64,000 nucleotides of DNA from contig NC_043006.1 of NCBI RefSeq assembly GCF_006345805.1, forward strand, positions 46,438,001 to 46,502,000, read 5' to 3'. Below are positions 55,113-64,000 of the stretch, piece by piece; position 1 is the stretch's first letter; every line of letters begins with the position of its first letter. The stretch is from Octopus sinensis. Lineage: Eukaryota. Under the pieces are notes generated by a model. That model was not told where the DNA came from, ran no database searches, and saw only the letters and a list, made by a program, of their open reading frames with translations. Position numbers and translations under genes: made by a program.

Positions 55113-56381
55113 CGAAGGGCGTTCAATAAGTAATGCCCCTGACCCACTTCCCATAGCAGTAGAGCAACGACACTTGGCACATTTATTAGTCTTTTCCTAC
55201 ATAGGAACTATCCAGAGTTATGCATTTCTCCCATCGTTTGATACAGCTCTGGAGACCGTTTTTGTAGAAGACCCCAGCTTGGTCCTCCAACCACGACGTG
55301 ACTTCAGAAATCAAGGCTGCATCATCTGCGAAACGCTTTCCTTTCAAAAACAACTTCATGGCTGGGAAGAGGTGAAAATCAGAGGGTGCAAGGGGAGGAG
55401 TTCATAGCTGCACGCCTGTGGTTCTGATCTGGCGACACGCGAGTTGTGGACCGAAGCGTTGTCCTGCAGGAGGAGGATGCCTTTGCTGATCTTGCCCCGC
55501 CTCTTGATTTTGATAGCTTCTCTTAATTTCCTCAAAAGTGAAGCATAATAGGCTCCTGTAATTGTGGTACCCTTTGTCAGGAAATCTGTCATCACTACTC
55601 CGTCCTGGTCCCAGAAGACTGTGAGCATAACCTTGTCAGCGGAGGGCTGCACCCTTGCCTTCTTTGGAGGAGGTGAGTCACGGTGCTTTCACTGCATTGA
55701 CTGGGCTTTGGTCTATGGATCATAGTGATGGACCCAGGTTTTATCCTGTGTGATCAGTCTTTTGAAAAATTTTGACTCATCTTCTTGGCACATCTCCAAA
55801 TTCATCCTCGAGCACTCAACGCGTTCTTGCTTCTGGAAAGGTGTGAGCAACCTGGAAATCCATCTGGCAGACACCTTTTGCATATGCAAATGGTCATGAA
55901 TGATAGTTTCCACAGACCCGGTACTAATCTTGACCTTATGGGCTATTTGGCGAATAGTGATGCGTTGACCTTCCAAAATGGCAGCCTCAACTTGACCGAC
56001 AGACGTCTCATCAACGGCAGAAGGGGGCGACCAGATCTGGGAGCTGTTTCCACAGAGTTCCGACTATGTTTGAATTCACAATGGCAGCATTTTACAAGGT
56101 CATATGATGGGGCATCATCACCATAAGTTACTTTCATTTCATCAAAAGTCTCCCGTGGTGTGCGTCCTTTCAAATACAAAAACCCGATCACTGCTCGACA
56201 CTCAACAGGCTCCATTTCACACTTGACTCAGTTCAAACACCTGTAAATCAGAAACCACAATTAGTTCAGAACTGTAATTCGCCACTTAATCTATAGAGGT
56301 ATAAATAAGTGCACATGCAAACTTTCAGGTAGATCAAACAATTGCAAGTGGGTCAGGGGCATTACTTATTGAACGCCCCTC

Positions 56382-56382
<1 letters not shown>
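55113..56382 (-). mobile_element. Full-length 1270-bp mariner (DD34D) with TIRs; transposase pseudogene at 55186-56215
   Basis: TIRs CGAAGGGCGTTCAATAAGTAATGCCCCTGACCCACTT with one mismatch and TA on both sides. Motifs MEPVECRAVIGFLYLKG, ARWISRLL, ITQDKTW, LLQDNAS and APSDFHLF. Lesions: a frameshift near 56020, two nonsense codons near 55690-55715 and loss of the HPPYSPD block. Confidence 0.95.
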
Positions 56383-56427
<45 letters not shown>

Positions 56428-56469
56428 TCAGTACTGATGCCGACGTCTCCTTTTGAGAGATTTAGAAAT

Positions 56470-56536
<67 letters not shown>

Positions 56537-57157
56537 GGAGAGGGAGAGGAGAGAGAGAGAGAGAGGTAAATAGATAGATAGGTAGAGAGATAGATAGATG
56601 AATAAGTATACGCATAGCATTCCGTTAAATCATCAATAAATTTCTATGGCAAATACATACGTGCAACCGATCTTACTCACGAAGCGTACGGAAATGCGAG
56701 AAACTAGACGTCTAGTCTTAGAGATACTCGATTCTGTTATGGGTCGGTTCCTTCACCTGTCAGTGTGTGTGTGTGTGTGTAAAAGCAAGGGAAGTACGTC
56801 ATCTTTAATTACTCATATGCTATTTACAAAATGTTTCACCCAGCGAACAGCAACTGATTTATTTCGTATTGTCTGTTCCGGTTTATTTTGGGAGTAGACT
56901 ACTTTGGTTATAACTTGATGGTTGATATATTTCCTTAAAAGATTTAATTATATTGCATATATTTTATTGTCTATATGCACTGAATATAAATCCTTATGAT
57001 TACAACCGATTATAGCAGTGGTTCGCTCAATTCCTAGCGATATCTGAAGAAGGAAATTTATATTCCGAATTTTTATATAAGACTACTAAGACTACGAAGT
57101 ATTAAATTATTTCAGTTATTATAGTCGACGTTATTGTGCCGTTGAAGACATGTTACA

Positions 57158-57218
<61 letters not shown>

Positions 57219-57280
57219 CATACATACACAAACACAGACACACACACACACACACGCACACACACACACATATTACTGTT

Positions 57281-57688
57281 TACTCTTTTCTCTTTTACTT
57301 GTTTCAGTCATTTGACTGCGACCATGCTGGAGCACCGCCTTTCATCGAGCAACTCGACCCCAGGACTTATTCTTTTGTAAGCCCAGTACTTATTCTATCG
57401 GTCTTTTTTGCCGAACCGCTAAGTGACGGGGACATAAACACACCAGCATCGGTTGTCCAGCAATGCTAGGGGGACAAACACAGACACACAAACACACACA
57501 CGCATATATATATACATATATACGACGGGCTTCTTTCAGTTTCCGTCTACCAAATCCACTCACAAGGCTTTGGTCGGCCCGAGGCTATAGTAGAAGACAC
57601 TTGCCCAAGGTGCCACGCAGTGGGACTGAACACGGAACCATGTGGTTGGTAAGCAAGCTACTTACTATACAGCCACTCCTGCTCCTAT
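57281..57688 (-). mobile_element. SINE family A full copy
   Basis: Near-identical to 9545-10019. Confidence 0.85.
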
Positions 57689-57985
57689 ATATGACATTAT
57701 TACAAACGCATTATATACGGATCTGTGCACACCTATGTATACTCATATATATCACTATATGCCTGAGTCTCTATTGCATCTGTAATTAGGTGTATATCTT
57801 TCTATATATATGTACATTCGTCTCACATATTTCTGATTATTTTTATATATCTACTAAATATATAGCGAGAACAGTAATTAAAGACAGAACGCTATATCTG
57901 AAAAATGTATATCTGTATACTACGTTTACCTCTCACTGTTTATATGCATATATATACAAAAATACATATATACATACATGTATAT

Positions 57986-58033
<48 letters not shown>

Positions 58034-58187
58034 ATATATATATAATATATATATATACATATATGTAAATACGTACATAATTGCATACACACTCATACAT
58101 ATACATACACACACACACATGCATACATATATATATATATATATATGTATGCACATACATAATTACATACACACACGTGCGCGCAAA

Positions 58188-58225
<38 letters not shown>

Positions 58226-58889
58226 ATGCATATAATACATGCAAGGTTTTATACATCGGTTTGTTTTATTTTTTTGCTAAATATTTCTTTGTCTATAGAA
58301 ATAGACTTTTTCATATTTTTGCCTCCGGAAATTAATGAAACTGCCACATCCGGTTTGTAGTGGTGCTAATTTCAGCCGGCATCTTTAGTGAAAAGCTGTC
58401 TGTCTGAGTGAGAGTCAAACAAGGAAAGTCTTCTGTTTGTTCTGATAAATAGATATTGGCAGATATTAATGTAAGAATATTTTGATGAAATTTCACCACA
58501 CGTAAGATCCTCCAGTTATTTACTATGGCTGTCAGGGTGATTTTGTCTAGCGACTGGTTTGCTGTATGCGGAAGAGGATATTGTATAGTAGTAGTAGTAG
58601 TAGTAGTTGTTGTTGTTGTTGTTGCTGGGTGGTTTGGTAGGTCGCGTTCGTAGTAGTAGTAGTCAAAAACAATTTTATAGTGATCGTAGTGTTGGCAGTT
58701 ATCGAGCATATGGATAAGGTGTTGTGTTTTGTTTTTGTTGATACCTCCGCCAAGGCGTTATGTTTTCATCGGCGTTGGTTTGTCCGTCTGTCCGACTGTG
58801 TGCAAAATAACTCAAAAAGTTGTAAACGGTATTTGATGAAACTTGTAAGAGTAGATTTGTTTGGCGGAAACTGCAAGAAGCCCGTCCTG

Positions 58890-58924
<35 letters not shown>

Positions 58925-60392
58925 TTGTGCGTGTCTTTTTGTCTGTGTTTGCCCCCCAATCACTTGACATAAACACACCAATATCGGTTGTCATGGGCCC
59001 TGTTCAATGGCATATGTGTTCCCCAGCCGGATGGGACGTCAATCCATCGCAGCGTTACTTATTTTTGCAAGCTGAGTGAACTGGAGCAATTTGAAATGAA
59101 GTGTTTTGCTCAAAAACACAACGCGTCACCCGGTCTAGAAATCGAAACCACCCCTTTCTTATTACCTGGCTGTAAAACTCAGTCTTCACACATCGCCATG
59201 CTGTGATGTGCTGTATGAAGAACAATGTGATAGTTTTGACATAGCACATTCAGTTTTCTCTTTATTCTTTTCAGTCTTTGGACTGCAGCCATGCAGGCGC
59301 ACCTCTTAGAAGGGCTTTAGTAGAAGACATTAACGCCAGCACATATATTTAACTATGGCGTTTAAGATATCGATCTCTTTTGAGTAACTGCTAAACAACA
59401 AGGTTTTATACAAACTTACGTAGTTATCAAAGTCTGTGGGGGGATAAACAAGCACAAAGAGGCACATGCACATACATATAACCATTTATATACACGATAA
59501 TCTTCCGTACAGTTTCCGTCTATCAACTTCACTAATAAGATATTGGTCGTCTCGGGACCTATCATAAGGCTGTTTGCCGTTTCCTGTTTAGTTTAGTTTT
59601 ATTTCAGACACATTTATTTTTGTGTAGAGCTCTTCGTATTGTCTTTGCGTTACAGACGGCTGGCTCACTGCTGAGATTATTTGGGGTTCTATTTTTACCT
59701 GACATATGCTTTAATAATTATAATAAATAAATCATATTTATCTGATAAACGTATGTACTGAAGTGTCTCTTTCTGCGACTGAGATGTCTTTTTTTTTTTT
59801 TTGCTTGTGACGTTAAATGGTGCTGAGATAATAACAGACAGGTAAAACGGGAAGAGTAATAAAATGTTTGCGGTGAACTACTTGCGATAGCTGAAGGTGA
59901 TGATGGGGCACGTGTTGTTTTAGTTCGCTTGATGAGGTGTGTATTGAGGTTGTTTAACATGTAAAGGGAATTTAGTTATGATGTTAATGCATTGCCTTAT
60001 TTTGTTAACTGTATTCTTTGATAAGGAGAGGCTTTTGAATGGTGTATCAAAAATGATGATGTTAGGGGGCACGATAAAAGTTTGTAATCCGGTGGGACAA
60101 CATGGTGAAGTTAGGTAGTAATAAACATAATAATAATGATACTTTCTACTATAAGTGCAATGTCTGAAATTTTGCGGGAAAGCGGTAGTCCATTACATCG
60201 CCCCAAATACTCGAGATGAACATGTTTAATCGACTTTGAAAGAGAAAAGAAAAACGAATATGACCTTGGAGGAATTTGAACACTGAACGGGAAGGTGGTC
60301 AAGATACCGATTCTGCCAGCTTAGCACCACTACCAACACCGATAATAATAATAATAATAATAATAGTAATAGTAATAGTAATAATAATAATG

Positions 60393-60430
<38 letters not shown>

Positions 60431-60718
60431 CTTTTCTATTATCGGCAGAAGGCAAATAATGGAGGGGTAAGTCGATTAGATATCCCGGAATGTGCAACTG
60501 GTATTTATTTTGTCCACCCCCGAAAGGATTAAAGGCAAAGACGACCTCGGGGGCAGAATGCTTTCGAATTCAGGCACAAGGACAGCGTTTTTGGGGGAGG
60601 GGTTAAGTCAATTACATCGACACCAGTAGACAACTGGCAATTATTTTATCGACATCGCCAGAACAAAGGGTAAAATGAATGAAAATAATGACAACGATGA
60701 TGATATGTATGTATACAC

Positions 60719-60908
60719 TTTTACTTGTTTCAGTCATTTGACTGCGGCCATGCTGGAGCACTGCCTTTAGTCGAGTAAATCGACCCCTTTGTAAGCCTAG
60801 TACTTGTTCTATCGGTCTCTTTTGCCGAACCGCTAAGTTACAGGGACGTAAATACACCAACATCGTTTAAACGATATTGGTGGGACAAACACAGACACAC
60901 GAACATAT

Positions 60909-60974
<66 letters not shown>

Positions 60975-61140
60975 CGTATATACGACGGGCTTCTTTCAGT
61001 TTCCCTCTACCAAATCCACTTACAAGGTTTTGGTCGCTCCGAGGCTATAGTAGAAGACATTAGCCCAAGCTGCCACACAGTGGGACTGAACCCAGAACCA
61101 TGTGGTTAGTAAGCAAGCTACTTACCACACAGTCGCTCCA
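60719..61140 (-). mobile_element. SINE family A copy
   Basis: Homologous to 9545-10019. Confidence 0.8.
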
Positions 61141-61290
61141 CATACATACATACATGTATATTTATGGATATATATATAAATATAGATATACATACATACA
61201 TACACACACACACAATATATATATGAATACATACGTTGTATATTTACATATACATTATATACATATATATGCATGTGTGCATATATATAA

Positions 61291-61448
<158 letters not shown>

Positions 61449-63099
61449 TATACAAATGTAGTTGATATTGATTGACATTTTGAAAACATTTGTTACTAGT
61501 GAGGTATCGTCTCTTATTACTTTACAAACACATTTTGTGATATGATTAAATTGAATCGAAGATCTGTTTTCATGTATGCTATCACACAGCTTGTATCGTG
61601 AAAATGCGAATCTACTGTGATCTGATCACAGTTTGGAATACTATATACATTCACTGTTTTTGGTAGTAAGATTTTTTTGCTGGATTATTGCTTTGTGAAT
61701 GTCGTGTTTGGTGATAAAATCTCTAAGATCCACGAGACATTTTTTTTCAATACGGTTAATGTACTGTTTTAGAATCTATGCAATATTTCTGATATATGGT
61801 GTACGAAGCGTGTGTTTACATATATTCTGTGTGTTTCAGTGATGTTGGGAAGGGAAGATAACCAGTGTTCTCCGTGGTTTTCTTGTTGATATTTCCATCT
61901 TTGCTGTTGTAATTATTATTATTTTTTTCTGTAAAATCGTGTATTTCATAAGAGTATAAGTAAATCATGTTTTGATTTATTTATTTTTTTAACAACATTT
62001 GTTTTAACTATTTTGTTGACTTTGAAAGAAACTAACATTTATAGACATTTATGCATATGCGTAACGCTCTTCGTGAAGGTTTTTTTTTTTTTTTTGCTTT
62101 TGTCGTTCTCACATTTCTTAGGTAAAAATATCATTCTCGTAAAAATAAACAGTCCAAACAGTTTAAATAAAAACATAACATCCTTCTGCTGACATTCAGA
62201 AATATTTTCGTATCTGCAGTTTACTATTCTGTCTTTTATCCTGTATATTACCTCTATTTTTATGACAGTAGATTAGTATTCTAGAAAGATCTTGATATTT
62301 TTTCTTCCAAGTAAAATGATTGTATGGAGAAATTTCTGTAAGAATTGTAACAATCGCGTTGCTTGTGGTATTGGCTCTTGGTTCGCTTTGTGGTTTAGAA
62401 CGACCGTGCGAAGGAAGGGTGACTAGACTGGCTCCTTTAATACATCGCACGGTCGATTACAATAAATGCGAAAAGGATAAATGTGTATGAGTGCCAGAAT
62501 GAAAAGAGATACACAACCAGTAGAATGTTAAGAGAAGATTTTATTTATGTGTTAACATGTGTGTCTGTGTGTGCGTCATATATGCATAATAATAGGCAGG
62601 CCGTCAAGTATTCAAAGTGTGTGTGCAAACATGGATGTATGCATGTGCTATAAGTACACAGCAATGAAGAGTTTATAATATGACGTTAGAAGAATGTTCA
62701 GACACAAGGATGAATAAATAACAGTTCGTAGTCAAGATACACGATAGCTGAAGTTGTGGTGAAGAAGAAGAGCCGGTTGAGGCACATGTCATGCGTGAAG
62801 CTGTGGCTACTATGCTCCTGCTGGTCACTTGATACAGGAAGTTCTCGCAGGTTTATTTACTGTTAATTATGGTGAAGTGATTCACGAACAGTGTTGCAAT
62901 GATTCCTGAGCGAATGTTGCTGGTTGCTGTGTACGTAAAGAGAAGTTGTTGACGACGTTAAGATGAAGGCGACGGAGATGGAGATTGCAGTATGCTGTTG
63001 GACGATGGTTGAGCCTCCAACGTAGCTCTTGGTGTTGTCGCTGGAACTGGCTGTGTGCTCTGTGGTCAGTAGCTAGGTGTCAGAAGGTCTAGAACCGAA

Positions 63100-63262
63100 A
63101 GACGAAATACGGTGTTGAAGCTAGTATTTTATAGCAAATTATCGGCTCACCGGAAGATTGGAAGAGACTTCTCACGTGACCTTATCAGAAGACTGCGATT
63201 GGTTGGGTTGCATATTGGCGCGTAATAGAGCAAGAGACAAAATGCACCAATGCCAACCAATC
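63100..63262 (-). promoter_or_regulatory. Pol II promoter-like cluster: TATAAAA, five CCAAT boxes and an E-box
   Basis: TATAAAA on minus at 63127-63133. CCAAT on minus at 63157, 63198 and 63214 and on plus at 63247 and 63257. CACGTG at 63173-63178. Confidence 0.45.
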
Positions 63263-63404
63263 GGAGTAGTGGATACAACAGGGTGCAAAAGAGCTACCGA
63301 AGGTTAGCTGTTATCAACTGCGTCTGTATTCATGTATATATAAGAGAGTGAGAGAGAGAGGGAGAGAGAGAGAGAGAGAGTCCACTACAGTGGTTTTATG
63401 ATGT

Positions 63405-63789
63405 AATTCAATGTTGATGATGATGATGATGATACGACAACATATGTAACTGACAAAGATGATGATGACGTATGTAGTTGATGATGATGATGATAATGAT
63501 GAGAAGGATGAGGATGATGATGATGCTGCTGCTGATAATGATGATGATAATGATGACAACGACGACGACGACGACGAGGACGACAATGATGATGGTGATG
63601 ATGATAATGATGGTGGTGGTGCTGCTGCTGCTGATGATGATACGACGACGTTACGTAATTGATGATGATGATGATGATAATGACGTATATAATTGATGAT
63701 GATGATCACAACGACAACGACGATGATGATGATGGTGAAGATAATGATGATAATGATGATGATGATGGTGCTTAGGCTGGTGATGATGG

Positions 63790-63821
<32 letters not shown>

Positions 63822-64000
63822 GTGATGATGGTGATGATGATGTTGACGTCAGTGCAAATGGTGGTTGTGTTCGGAGACGTATTTCAATTTATGTTTGCAT
63901 ATGCGATTGATGTTCTTCGTTTATGATAACACTCGAGTGATATTTGCGATGGTAACGAAAGGAGTGGTGGTGGTGGTGGTGGTGATGGTGGTGGTGGTGA
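63405..64000. repeat. (GAT)/(GAC)/(GGT) compound microsatellite
   Basis: Directly visible; source of the poly-D/M/S ORFs. Confidence 0.95.

Overview
This is AT-rich animal genomic DNA, very rich in microsatellites. The SINE families look to me like those of Octopus genomes; that is recognition, not a database result. I found no host protein-coding gene, rRNA, true tRNA gene or CRISPR array that I can support. Almost every ORF in the supplied track is a translated microsatellite or a piece of a transposon. The window holds: dozens of tRNA-derived SINE copies (at least 3 families); three mariner relics, one full-length with TIRs; a head-to-head fusion of two Tc1/mariner 3' halves; a Chapaev3-type DNA transposon with TIRs and a 3-bp TSD; a Kolobok-like TTAA MITE; fragments of RTE, CR1/L2, HERO and R4/Dong-like LINEs; Helentron-like elements; local duplications; and a promoter/solo-LTR-like unit near the right end. 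The main signal is a set of seven type I hammerhead-ribozyme motifs from about six unrelated short repeat families. All have the minimal palindromic stem III typical of the dimer-cleaving hammerheads of Penelope-like elements, and most lie in or beside (TA)n/(CA)n microsatellites. One copy (2710-2790, minus) has a fully canonical core with a GUC site. Another lies downstream of a tRNA-derived Pol III head, which suggests a ribozyme-bearing SINE. Repeat boundaries were read by eye and are approximate to within a few bases.
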